Positions 26,383-35,105 of a stretch of DNA of 44,205 bases are shown here, in pieces. This stretch comes from an uncultured Bacilli bacterium (GTDB lineage Bacteria > Bacillota_I > Bacilli_A > RF39 > UBA660). Under the pieces are notes generated by a model that was not told the DNA's origin, made no database searches, and saw only the letters and a list, made by a program, of their open reading frames with translations. Each line of letters begins with the position of its first letter. Within the stretch, counting starts at the first letter, position 1. The position numbers and the translations under genes were made by a program. The stretch spans positions 1 to 44,205 of the forward strand of contig CALVSD010000001.1 of the NCBI GenBank assembly GCA_944358805.1, written 5' to 3'.

Positions 26383-28302
26383 ATGGATAATAAAATAGAA
26401 CATTATAACGCATCGGATATTCAAGTCTTAGAAGGATTAGAAGCTGTAAGAAAAAGACCTGGTATGTATATAGGATCTACTAGTGAAAGAGGTTTGCATC
26501 ATTTGGTTTGGGAAATAGTAGATAATGCAATAGATGAGGCTTTAGCTGGATATTGTGATGATATAGAAATAATTGTAAATAAAGATGGCTCTGTTACTGT
26601 AAAGGATGATGGTAGAGGAATTCCAGTCGATAAGCATCCTAAAACAGGTATATCTACTGTAGAAACTGTTTATACAGTACTTCATGCTGGAGGTAAGTTT
26701 GGCGGAGGCGGATATAAAGTTTCTGGAGGATTACATGGAGTAGGAGCTTCAGTAGTAAATGCTCTTAGTAAATGGGTTGATGTAACTGTTTATAAAAATT
26801 CTAAAATATATCAAGCTAAATTTGCAAATGGTGGTCATATAGTTCAATCACTTACTGTTATTGGTGATTGTAGTGAAGATAGAACTGGAACAACTGTAAC
26901 TTTTATGCCAGATGAAGAAATTTTTAAAGAAACTACAAAATTTGATTATGAAACTTTAAAAGTTAGAGCAAGAGAATTAGCTTTTCTTAATAAAAGATTG
27001 AGAATAATTTTAGTTGATGATAGAGAAGATAAAAAAGACACTTTTGTTTATGAAGGTGGAATAAGGGAATATGTTGAACTTTTAAATAAAAGTAAGACTC
27101 CAATTCATAATGATATTATATATGTTGAGGGTGCAGAAAATAATGTAACTTTGGAAGTAGCTCTTCAATATAATGATGGATATAATAGTGCAATATATTC
27201 CTTTGTAAATAACATTACGACACCAGAAGGTGGTACTCACGAAGATGGAGTAAAGAATAGTTTGACTAGAATAATAAATAATTATGCAAAAAATAATAAA
27301 TTTCTTAAGGATAATGAAGATAGTCTTACTGGTGATGATGTAAGAGAAGGAATTACAATGATTGTATCAGCTAAAGTTCCTGAACCACAATTTGAAGGAC
27401 AAACTAAAACAAAATTAGGAAATAGTGAGGTTAGAAAAATAGCTGCAAATATTTTTGCAGAAGGATTTGAAAGGTTTTTAATGGAAAATCCAGAACAGGC
27501 GAAAGTTATAATCGAAAAATCGATGACTGCAGCAAGAGCAAGAGTTGCTGCAAAGAAGGCTAGAGAATTAACTAGAAGAAAAGGTGGACTTGAAATTACT
27601 AATCAATGGGGTAAATTAACAGATTGTTCTTCAAAAGATGCATCTGTTTCTGAAATGTTTATTGTTGAGGGAGATTCAGCAGCAGGGTCTGCAAAAATGG
27701 GAAGAGATCCTATAACTCAAGCAATCTTACCAATAAGAGGAAAAATTTTAAATGTAGAAAAAGCAAGGTTAGATAGAATTTTAAGTAATGAAGAAATAAG
27801 GACAATGATTACAGCTATTGGAACAGGCATTGGTGAAGATTTTGATATTTCTAAACTAAGATATAATAAAATTATAATAATGACTGATGCCGATGTTGAT
27901 GGTGCACATATTAGAACATTGCTTTTAACACTGTTTTATAGGTATTTTAAGCCACTTATTGAAGGAGGACATATCTATGCTGCTCAACCACCTTTATATT
28001 CAATTAAACACGGTAAAACAATTAAATATGTATTGGATGAAAAGGAAAGAGATGAATATTTAGCAACTCTTCCTGAAAATACTAAGTATGAAATTGGTAG
28101 AATGAAAGGTTTGGGAGAAATGGATCCTCATGAATTAAGAGCTACTACAATGGGAATTGAAAGTAGAGTACTTAAACAAATTGATTTAGCAGATGCAATT
28201 CAAGTTGATGAAATTTTTCAAGTTTTAATGGGTGAAGAAGTAGAACCAAGAAGAAAATTTATAGAAGAAAACGCATTAAATGTTGTAAATCTTGATATAT
28301 AG
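26383..28302 (+). CDS. gyrB: DNA gyrase subunit B
   Basis: [47 protein letters not shown]-like EGDSAAGS and [12 protein letters not shown]-like [12 protein letters not shown]. Confidence 0.98.
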   Translation: MDNKIEHYNASDIQVLEGLEAVRKRPGMYIGSTSERGLHHLVWEIVDNAIDEALAGYCDDIEIIVNKDGSVTVKDDGRGIPVDKHPKTGISTVETVYTVLHAGGKFGGGGYKVSGGLHGVGASVVNALSKWVDVTVYKNSKIYQAKFANGGHIVQSLTVIGDCSEDRTGTTVTFMPDEEIFKETTKFDYETLKVRARELAFLNKRLRIILVDDREDKKDTFVYEGGIREYVELLNKSKTPIHNDIIYVEGAENNVTLEVALQYNDGYNSAIYSFVNNITTPEGGTHEDGVKNSLTRIINNYAKNNKFLKDNEDSLTGDDVREGITMIVSAKVPEPQFEGQTKTKLGNSEVRKIAANIFAEGFERFLMENPEQAKVIIEKSMTAARARVAAKKARELTRRKGGLEITNQWGKLTDCSSKDASVSEMFIVEGDSAAGSAKMGRDPITQAILPIRGKILNVEKARLDRILSNEEIRTMITAIGTGIGEDFDISKLRYNKIIIMTDADVDGAHIRTLLLTLFYRYFKPLIEGGHIYAAQPPLYSIKHGKTIKYVLDEKERDEYLATLPENTKYEIGRMKGLGEMDPHELRATTMGIESRVLKQIDLADAIQVDEIFQVLMGEEVEPRRKFIEENALNVVNLDI

Positions 28303-28313
28303 GAGTGTGAATT

Positions 28314-30746
28314 ATGAACGAAAATGACAAAAAAGTAAGTATTAACATTATAGATGAAATGAAAACATCATTTTTGGATTATTCTATGAGTGTTATTGTA
28401 GCAAGAGCTATACCAGATGTTAGAGATGGTTTAAAACCTGTTCATAGACGTATTTTGTATACTTTATACGAGGAAGGGATGACACCAGATAAAAAGCACC
28501 AAAAAAGTGCTAATGCAGTAGGAGCAGTAATGGGACATTATCATCCACATGGTGATGCAGCTATTTATGATACAATGGTAAGAATGGCTCAAGATTTTAC
28601 TTATAGACATGCTTTAGTTGATGGACATGGTAATTTTGGTAGTATTGATGGAGATTCAGCTGCTGCATCTCGTTATACTGAGGCTAAACTTGCAAAAATA
28701 TCAATGGAAATGTTGAGAGATTTAAATAAAGAAACTGTTGATTTTATGGAAAACTATGATGGTCAAAGAAAAGAACCCGTAGTTTTACCTAGTAGGTTTC
28801 CAAATATTTTAGTTAATGGTAATATGGGAATAGCAGTAGGTATGGCTACTAATATACCTCCTCATAATTTAGGGGAAGTGATAGATGGTTGTATTGCTTA
28901 TATAGATAATCCTGACATTTCAGTACTTGATTTAATGGAAAAAATTAAAGGACCAGATTTTCCAACCGGAGGAATTATTTTAGGTAATAGTGGTATAAAA
29001 AGAGCTTACGAAACAGGAAGAGGTACAATAACTGTAAGAGCGAGAGTTAATATAGAAGAACATAATGGTAAAAATAAAATTATTATTACAGAATTGCCTT
29101 ATCAGGTTAATAAAAAATCTTTAATAACAAGAATAGCAGAATTAGTTAGGGATAAAGTTTTAGATGGAATATCTAATTTAAGTGATGAATCAGCATTAGA
29201 AGGAATTAAAATAGTAATAGACGTAAAAAAAGAAGCAAATGCTAATGTAGTTTTAAACAATTTATATAAGCATACACAATTACAAATTTCCTATGGTATT
29301 AACTTTTTAATGTTGGTTGATGGTAGTCCTAGAATATTAGATATGAAGACAATTTTGGAAAAATACTTAGATCACCAAAAGCAAGTTATTTATCGTAGAT
29401 GTCAATTTGATTTAAAAAAATATCAAGCAAGATTACATATATTAGAAGGATTACAAATTGCTTTAGATCATATAGATGAAGTAATAAAGATAATTAAAGC
29501 AGCAAAAACAGATGATGAAGCAAGTAAAGAATTAATAGCTAAATTTAATCTTTCTGAAGCTCAAACTCAAGCAATCTTAGAAATGAAGTTAAGAAGGCTT
29601 ACAGGTTTAGAAAAAGAAAAAATAGAAAATGAAATAGCAGAATTAGAAAGATTAATAAAAGAATTAGAAGAAATTTTAAATAGTGAAGAAAAAATTCTTC
29701 AAGTAATAAAAAATGAATTAAACGAAATTAAATTAAAATATGCAAATGAAAGAAAAACATTTATAGATATGAGTGCTATAGATTATATAGATGATGAAGC
29801 ATTAATACCTGAAGAAAATATAGTTATAACTTTAACAAATAAGGGTTATATAAAGAGAATGCCGGCTGATACTTATAAAGCACAACATCGAGGTGGAGTT
29901 GGTATTAAAGGTATGTCAATGAATGAAGAAGATTTCGTTGAAAATATTATAAACTTAACTACACATGATTATATCTTATTCTTTACTAATAATGGAAAAG
30001 TCTATAGAACTAAAGGATATGAAATTCCTGAATATAGTAGACAATCTAAAGGTTTGCCAATAATAAATTTATTATCTTTAGAGAAAAACGAAAAAATTAC
30101 ATCTTTATTAAAAATAGAACGAGAAGAAACTCACAAATATTTAGTTTTTGCTACTAAACAAGGTTTCATAAAGCGTACTGACATAAAAGAATTTGATAGT
30201 ATTCGTGCAAATGGTAAAAAGTTTATTACATTGAGAGAAGACGATGAGTTAATTTCTGTTAAAAAGACAACTGGAGATAACGAAATTTTGATGGCTTCTT
30301 CAAATGGAAGAATGGTACGATTTACAGAAGATTCAATTAGAGTAATGGGAAGATCTGCTTCTGGAGTAAGAGGCATTAATTTAGAAGAAGGAACACTCGT
30401 AGGAATGGAAATAGCGGACAATAATCAAGAAGTATTAGTAGTAACAGAGAAAGGTTATGGAAAAAAGACACCTCTAGCAGAATACAGATTAACAAACAGA
30501 GGAGGTAAAGGTGTAAAAACTTTAAGCGTTACAGAGAAAAATGGCTCTATTATATCTTTCAAAACAGTAACAAATGATGAAGATATCATGATAATTACTA
30601 ATACAGGAATGATTATAAGATTAAATGTAGAAAATATATCTTCAATGAGCAGAGTTACTCAAGGTGTTCGATTGATTAATTTAAAAGAAGGACAATTAGT
30701 TAGTTCAATAGCTATTATAAAAAGAGAATTAGAAGAAGAAATTTAG
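28314..30746 (+). CDS. gyrA: DNA gyrase subunit A
   Basis: RAIPDVRDGLKPVHRRILY, HPHGDAAIYDTMVRMAQ (QRDR), AASRYTEAKL (active-site Tyr), and C-terminal beta-pinwheel repeats. Confidence 0.98.
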   Translation: MNENDKKVSINIIDEMKTSFLDYSMSVIVARAIPDVRDGLKPVHRRILYTLYEEGMTPDKKHQKSANAVGAVMGHYHPHGDAAIYDTMVRMAQDFTYRHALVDGHGNFGSIDGDSAAASRYTEAKLAKISMEMLRDLNKETVDFMENYDGQRKEPVVLPSRFPNILVNGNMGIAVGMATNIPPHNLGEVIDGCIAYIDNPDISVLDLMEKIKGPDFPTGGIILGNSGIKRAYETGRGTITVRARVNIEEHNGKNKIIITELPYQVNKKSLITRIAELVRDKVLDGISNLSDESALEGIKIVIDVKKEANANVVLNNLYKHTQLQISYGINFLMLVDGSPRILDMKTILEKYLDHQKQVIYRRCQFDLKKYQARLHILEGLQIALDHIDEVIKIIKAAKTDDEASKELIAKFNLSEAQTQAILEMKLRRLTGLEKEKIENEIAELERLIKELEEILNSEEKILQVIKNELNEIKLKYANERKTFIDMSAIDYIDDEALIPEENIVITLTNKGYIKRMPADTYKAQHRGGVGIKGMSMNEEDFVENIINLTTHDYILFFTNNGKVYRTKGYEIPEYSRQSKGLPIINLLSLEKNEKITSLLKIEREETHKYLVFATKQGFIKRTDIKEFDSIRANGKKFITLREDDELISVKKTTGDNEILMASSNGRMVRFTEDSIRVMGRSASGVRGINLEEGTLVGMEIADNNQEVLVVTEKGYGKKTPLAEYRLTNRGGKGVKTLSVTEKNGSIISFKTVTNDEDIMIITNTGMIIRLNVENISSMSRVTQGVRLINLKEGQLVSSIAIIKRELEEEI

Positions 30747-30767
30747 TTTTACTAAACTTCTTTTTTT
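30738..30767 (+). terminator. gyrA intrinsic terminator
   Basis: GAAATTTAGT-TTT-ACTAAACTTC hairpin (one A/C mismatch) overlapping the TAG stop, followed by a T7 run. Confidence 0.65.
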
Positions 30768-30786
30768 ATTAACTTAAGTTACAAAG

Positions 30787-30802
30787 TATTTCCCGGGAAA
30801 TA
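30787..30802. other. Noc-binding-site-like palindrome NBS-3
   Basis: A perfect TATTTCCCGGGAAATA. Confidence 0.7.
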
Positions 30803-30815
30803 TTTCCTGGAAATA
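30801..30815. other. Degenerate NBS-like palindrome NBS-4 (15-mer TATTTCCTGGAAATA), abutting NBS-3
   Basis: Same half-sites (TATTTCC/GGAAATA) with one central base missing. It shares TA with NBS-3. Confidence 0.45.
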
Positions 30816-30851
30816 TTTTATCTTTTACGCAAAGTAAACAGATGTTCGTGT

Positions 30852-30867
30852 TGTTTCACGTGAAACG
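30852..30867. other. parS: parS site 1 (TGTTTCACGTGAAACG)
   Basis: 15 of 16 match to the ParB/Spo0J consensus TGTTNCACGTGAAACA. Confidence 0.8.
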
Positions 30868-30970
30868 TAGTATAATAAAAAAAATGAAGATTTTAATGTG
30901 TTTTAAAATATTTATATTTATATGTGCAAGGGAACAATTAATAAATTATTATAAAAAATCTTGCACATTA

Positions 30971-30986
30971 TGTTTCACGTGAAACG
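30971..30986. other. parS: parS site 2 (TGTTTCACGTGAAACG)
   Basis: 15 of 16 match to the parS consensus. Confidence 0.8.
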
Positions 30987-31488
30987 TAATGTGGCATCTT
31001 AACATTTTGCAAGAAGAAAATTATAAAAATGTTTTATTAATAGCACAAACAAGGCGGAGCATCTACATTATTTTTATAATTTTGTCATTGCAATTTAAAC
31101 TAAACATCTTTTTATTAATATTAAAAATAAAAATACCATAAAATAAAATAAGTTGTGAATTAAATTTGCGAACTAAAATTTGCTTCATTTCTTTGTGTAG
31201 ATAAAAATATAATGCAACAAATATATAACAATTAAATATATAATATGGTAAAAAATAAATTAATTAAGAAAAAAAACAGTACTTAAAAACGTGTTAAAAC
31301 GATTGGGATATAGAATTAAAATAAAAAAATGAAGCTTGACGAATTAATTGATGATTAATTTGATGGAAATTTATTCGTTTTATGAACGATTTTATAATTA
31401 AAAAAATAATTTAAACGAAAAATAATATGAATTTGATAGGAGTCTGATTAGAAACAACAAATAAATGACAATATAATTTTTACAAACA

Positions 31489-31504
31489 TGTTTCACGTGA
31501 AACA
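31489..31504. other. parS: parS site 3 (TGTTTCACGTGAAACA, perfect)
   Basis: 16 of 16 match. It forms the core of a 30-bp perfect palindrome at 31482-31511. Confidence 0.85.
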
Positions 31505-31652
31505 TGTTTGTGTCTTGTTTTTTTTAAATAAAAATATATAATAATAGTTAAAAATAAATTTGTTGTACAGCTCAAATAATAAAGAATAGATAAAGCACAA
31601 CAGAAATATTAAATTTTATTTTATTGCTTTTTATAATAATTGTAATGAAAAA

Positions 31653-31668
31653 GGTTCCACGTGAAACA
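31653..31668. other. parS: parS site 4 (GGTTCCACGTGAAACA)
   Basis: 15 of 16 match. It is identical in 15 positions to the site inside B. subtilis spo0J (TGTTCCACGTGAAACA). It lies 15 nt upstream of the SRP RNA -35 box. Confidence 0.8.
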
Positions 31669-31682
31669 TATTCTAAAAACAT

Positions 31683-31711
31683 TTGTATAAATTACAAATA
31701 AATAGTATAAT
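31683..31711 (+). promoter_or_regulatory. Sigma-A promoter of the SRP RNA gene
   Basis: TTGTAT (31683-31688), a 17-nt spacer, then TATAAT (31706-31711). Confidence 0.7.
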
Positions 31712-31716
31712 GATAT

Positions 31717-31797
31717 TGCGCAACAATAATATTGGAAACGAGTCAGGATTGGAAAATAGCAGCTCTAACAAGAAAAATTGTGTGCGCTTATTTTTTT
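31717..31797 (+). ncRNA. ffs: Small (4.5S-type, about 80 nt) signal recognition particle RNA
   Basis: GAGUCAGGAUUGGAAAAUAGCAGCUC reproduces the universal domain IV of E. coli 4.5S RNA (GGUCAGGUCCGGAAGGAAGCAGCC). The GGAA tetraloop, the CAGG/AGCA symmetric loop and the closing U-G pair are all present. The UCC/GGA stem is replaced by the compensatory AUU/AAU. The terminal helix GCGCAACAA (31718-31726) pairs with UUGUGUGCGC (31778-31787) and is followed by a U-run. Confidence 0.85.
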
Positions 31798-31824
31798 GTA
31801 AAAATAAAGAGGTAGATCGATATA

Positions 31825-32241
31825 ATGCATAAATATATGGAAATAGCCATAAAAGAGGCAAGAAAAGCGTATAAAAAAGGTGAAGTTCCTGTTGGAGCTG
31901 TTATTGTTTGCAATGATAAAATATTGGCGAAAGCTCATAATAATAGAAAAAAAAGTAATTTAACAATAGGACATGCTGAAATGTTAGCGATAAATATAGC
32001 TAATCGAAAGAAAAAAACGTGGATTTTAGATGATTGTGAATTATATGTGACATTAGAACCATGTATGATGTGCGCAGGAGCAATTGTTGAAAGTAGAATA
32101 AAAAAAATATATTGTAACCTAACTAAAACAAACGATTGTTCGATAAAATGGTTGAAAGAGAACAACGTTCAAGTAATTAAGGATGAAACCAGTTCAGAAA
32201 ACACCTTGTTATTACAAAGTTTTTTTCAAAAAAAAAGATAG
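31825..32241 (+). CDS. tadA: tRNA-specific adenosine deaminase
   Basis: Zinc-binding motifs of CDA-fold deaminases: HAEMLAI and PCMMCAGA. EVPVGAVIV is also present. Confidence 0.93.
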   Translation: MHKYMEIAIKEARKAYKKGEVPVGAVIVCNDKILAKAHNNRKKSNLTIGHAEMLAINIANRKKKTWILDDCELYVTLEPCMMCAGAIVESRIKKIYCNLTKTNDCSIKWLKENNVQVIKDETSSENTLLLQSFFQKKR

Positions 32242-32300
32242 AACATGGATTAAATTTTTTTTTTTATGTTATAATTATCTTATAAGAAGAGAGGTGAACA

Positions 32301-33956
32301 ATGAGTTATTTAGCTTTATATAGAAAATACAGACCTCAAAATTTTGAAGATGTAGTTGGACAAGATAAAATAATTAAGGTCATAAATAATGCAATACTAA
32401 ACGAAAAAATTTCACATGCATATTTGTTTTCAGGACCTAGAGGAACAGGGAAAACAACAACTGCTAAAATTATTGCTAAAATGGTCAATTGTCAAAATTT
32501 AACAGTTGATGGTCCTTGTAATAAATGTGAAAATTGTATTAATTTTCTCTCTAGTAATGATATAGTAGAAATTGATGCGGCTTCTAATAATGGAGTTGAT
32601 GAAATACGTGAATTAAGAGATAAAGTTAATTTGGTTCCGAGTAATAGTAGATATAAAGTTTATATTATTGATGAAGTTCATATGTTAACAACTTCTGCAT
32701 TCAATGCATTATTAAAAACTTTAGAAGAACCTCCACATCATGCAATATTCATTTTAGCAACTACTGAACCATATAAAATACCCTTAACCGTAGCTTCAAG
32801 ATGTCAAAAATTTCAATTCAATAAAATTGATGACGATTCAATTGTTAAAAAATTAAAACAAATTTCAAATAATGAGGGAATTGATATAACTGAAGAAGCA
32901 ATGTATGAAATTTCTCGTTTGGCAGACGGAGGACTTAGAGATGCTATCAATTTATTAGATCAATTAACTGCATATAAAAGTGAAAAAATAACTATAGAAG
33001 ATGTCTATAAAGTAAATGGTTCCGTTTCGTATAGTGACTTATATGAATTGTTGATAAGTATTAAAAACAATGATAAAAAGAATATTATACAAATTGTAGA
33101 AAATATCGATAAAGAGGGTAAAAATATATCAAAATTTATTGAAGAATTATTAATTTTTTTAAAAGATATTTTAGTTTTTAAAAATGGTAATAAAAAAACT
33201 AAGATTGAAGATAAAAATAAAAAGATAGAGGAAATAATGATGAATTTTGATGATGATTTAATATATTTGATGATAAATAGATTAAATGATGTATTAAATT
33301 TATTAAAAACTAGTAGTCATCCATCTATTTTATTGCTAATAAATTTGTTAAAATTAACCGAAGATAAAACTCCTTCTGAACAAAATGATAATATTTCTAT
33401 TCCGGATAATCAGTTGGAACAAAATAAAATTTTACCGGAACAAAATGTACCTAAAGAAAATAATTTCACTACTATTTCTACTGATAATTTAGATAAAATT
33501 AAAAAAATTAGAATTAACAATTCATTTGTTTCAGCTTCTAAGCAATTATTAAACTTAGTAAAAGAAAAGTGGCCTACTATATCAGAATATTTGTTAGATA
33601 AAAAGTATGAATTGGCAGTGGGATTATTAGCAGATGCTGTACCAACAGTGGTAGGAAATGATGATATCATTTTAGTTTCTAAATATATTTCGTCAGCCAC
33701 AAGAATAAATGTTAATAAAGAAGAAGTGGAGAATTTATTAAATAAGGTATATAATAAAAAATATAATATTGTTGCTATATCAGAAGAAGAGTGGGATGTT
33801 GAAAAAAAACAATATATTGAAAATATAAAAAAAGGATACAAATATGAGTATATAACTGAAGACAAAAAAGAATCGGAGGAAGTTAATTCGAGCGAAAAAA
33901 CGCAAGTAGATAAGTTAATAGAATTAGTTGGCGAAGAAATTATAGAATACAAATAA
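32301..33956 (+). CDS. dnaX: DNA polymerase III subunits gamma/tau
   Basis: LYRKYRPQNFEDVVGQ, GPRGTGKTT (Walker A), a CxxC zinc module (CNKCENC), IIDEVHML and SRCQKFQF. Confidence 0.96.
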   Translation: MSYLALYRKYRPQNFEDVVGQDKIIKVINNAILNEKISHAYLFSGPRGTGKTTTAKIIAKMVNCQNLTVDGPCNKCENCINFLSSNDIVEIDAASNNGVDEIRELRDKVNLVPSNSRYKVYIIDEVHMLTTSAFNALLKTLEEPPHHAIFILATTEPYKIPLTVASRCQKFQFNKIDDDSIVKKLKQISNNEGIDITEEAMYEISRLADGGLRDAINLLDQLTAYKSEKITIEDVYKVNGSVSYSDLYELLISIKNNDKKNIIQIVENIDKEGKNISKFIEELLIFLKDILVFKNGNKKTKIEDKNKKIEEIMMNFDDDLIYLMINRLNDVLNLLKTSSHPSILLLINLLKLTEDKTPSEQNDNISIPDNQLEQNKILPEQNVPKENNFTTISTDNLDKIKKIRINNSFVSASKQLLNLVKEKWPTISEYLLDKKYELAVGLLADAVPTVVGNDDIILVSKYISSATRINVNKEEVENLLNKVYNKKYNIVAISEEEWDVEKKQYIENIKKGYKYEYITEDKKESEEVNSSEKTQVDKLIELVGEEIIEYK

Positions 33957-33972
33957 GGAAAGGTGATTTATT

Positions 33973-34272
33973 ATGAATATGCAAGCACTAATGAAAGAAG
34001 CACAAAAAATGCAAAAGGAATTACAAAAAACACAAAAAGAATTAGAAAATACTGTTTATGAAGGAAGTTCATCACTAGTAAGTGTTAAAATGAACGGGAA
34101 AAAAGAATTATTATCTATAAATATAAAAGTAGATGAAGATATTAAATTAGATGAACTTGAATTATTTCAAGATATGATAGTAGTGGCTATTAATGATACT
34201 GTAAAGAAAATTGATAACGATAAAGAAAAGAAAATGAGTAAATTTGGTCAAGGATTAAGTGGGTTGTTATAA
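33973..34272 (+). CDS. YbaB/EbfC-family nucleoid-associated protein
   Basis: MNMQALMKEAQKMQKELQKTQKELE......VSVKMNGKKELLSINI, 99 aa, canonical dnaX-ybaB-recR order. Confidence 0.93.
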   Translation: MNMQALMKEAQKMQKELQKTQKELENTVYEGSSSLVSVKMNGKKELLSINIKVDEDIKLDELELFQDMIVVAINDTVKKIDNDKEKKMSKFGQGLSGLL

Positions 34273-34868
34273 TGTACCCGGAGAGTATTAGAAACTTAAT
34301 AGAATCTTTTAAACGACTGCCAGGAATAGGGGAAAAAACTGCAGAACGCCTGACTTTTTCTATGATAAACTTTTCAAAAGAAGAGTTAACTAATTTTAGT
34401 AATTCTATACAGGAACTTAGAGATAAAATAGGTAAGTGCCAAATTTGTGGTAATATCTGCGAAGGTGATGTATGTAATATATGTGAAAATCAAAATAGAA
34501 ATAAAAAAATGATTTTTGTAGTAGAGAAGGAAAAAGATGTATTTATATTTGAAAAATTGGGAATATTTAACGGAACATATCATGTATTAGGTTCTTTGAT
34601 ATCTCCATTAGAAGGAATAAATCCAGAAGATATAAATTTATCAAGTTTAAAAAGAAGAATATTAAATGAAGATGTAGAAGAAGTTATACTCGCATTAAAA
34701 CCAAGCATAGAAGGCGAAACTACTATGCAGTATATTAAAAAGATTTTAGAAGATACTTCTGTTAAAGTTAGTAAAATTGCTACTGGAATACCACTAGGAG
34801 CAGATATGGAGTATATTGATACACTTACTTTAGAGTTAGCTTTGGAGGAAAGAAAAAACATATCATAA
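34272..34868 (+). CDS. recR: Recombination protein RecR
   Basis: LIESFKRLPGIGEKTAERL (HhH), zinc finger CQICGNICEGDVCNIC, and a Toprim domain. Confidence 0.96.
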   Translation: MYPESIRNLIESFKRLPGIGEKTAERLTFSMINFSKEELTNFSNSIQELRDKIGKCQICGNICEGDVCNICENQNRNKKMIFVVEKEKDVFIFEKLGIFNGTYHVLGSLISPLEGINPEDINLSSLKRRILNEDVEEVILALKPSIEGETTMQYIKKILEDTSVKVSKIATGIPLGADMEYIDTLTLELALEERKNIS

Positions 34869-34900
34869 TTTTAAAAACATATATTTTATTGGTGATTTAT

Positions 34901-35089
34901 ATGTTTAAAAAAATTATGAAATTTATAAAAAAAATAATAGTTTCTATGATAATAATTTTTGCATATAACAAAATATCTTTTTCTTTAAATGCAATGATTC
35001 CAATAAATTTAATAACTATTATTTTAGTAAGTTTTTTTGGAATACCTGCAATTGTAATGTTGGTGGTATTTTATTTATTAATCTTATAG
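34901..35089 (+). CDS. bofA: Pro-sigma-K processing inhibitor BofA family protein
   Basis: MIPINLITIILVSFFGIPAIVMLVVFY parallels B. subtilis BofA (HVPINLVTTAISGFLGIPGIAALVVIK). Its position after recR matches recR-yaaL-bofA. GGTGA RBS upstream of the ATG at 34901. Confidence 0.8.
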   Translation: MFKKIMKFIKKIIVSMIIIFAYNKISFSLNAMIPINLITIILVSFFGIPAIVMLVVFYLLIL

Positions 35090-35105
35090 TATGAGGTGAT
35101 ATAAT

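Noticed and set aside
30131-30421. 96-aa minus-strand ORF inside gyrA
   Set aside because: It is antisense to the conserved GyrA C-terminal domain.
30852-31668. The CACGTG-core palindromes read as operators of a metabolic transcription factor (LacI, Crp or Fur-type boxes, E-box-like)
   Set aside because: The full 16-mer matches the ParB parS consensus position by position. None of the Bacillota regulator motifs I could recall (cre, Rex, Fur/PerR/Zur, CodY, TnrA, CtsR, CIRCE, LexA) fits.
30780-31670. Possible CRISPR array or other direct-repeat locus in the gap after gyrA
   Set aside because: The recurring units are self-complementary palindromes of two different kinds. Their spacings are irregular (119, 518 and 164 bp), not direct repeats with uniform spacers. 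No cas genes are present.
30747-31824. Expected rRNA operon (rrnO-like) or its remnant after gyrA
   Set aside because: No 16S, 23S or 5S-like GC-rich conserved segments and no tRNA cloverleaf candidates are visible, and the gap is only 1.07 kb.
31673-31861. 62-aa minus-strand ORF spanning the SRP RNA and the tadA start
   Set aside because: It covers a promoter, a structured RNA with a canonical SRP domain IV, and the tadA RBS. It has no RBS of its own.
31935-32165. 76-aa minus-strand ORF inside tadA
   Set aside because: It is antisense to a deaminase gene with intact zinc motifs.
33410-34861. Minus-strand ORFs 33410..33952 (180 aa), 34386..34583 and 34580..34861
   Set aside because: They are antisense to dnaX and recR. 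The 180-aa one is long only because the sense strand is Lys/Glu/Asn-rich and therefore poor in antisense stop codons.
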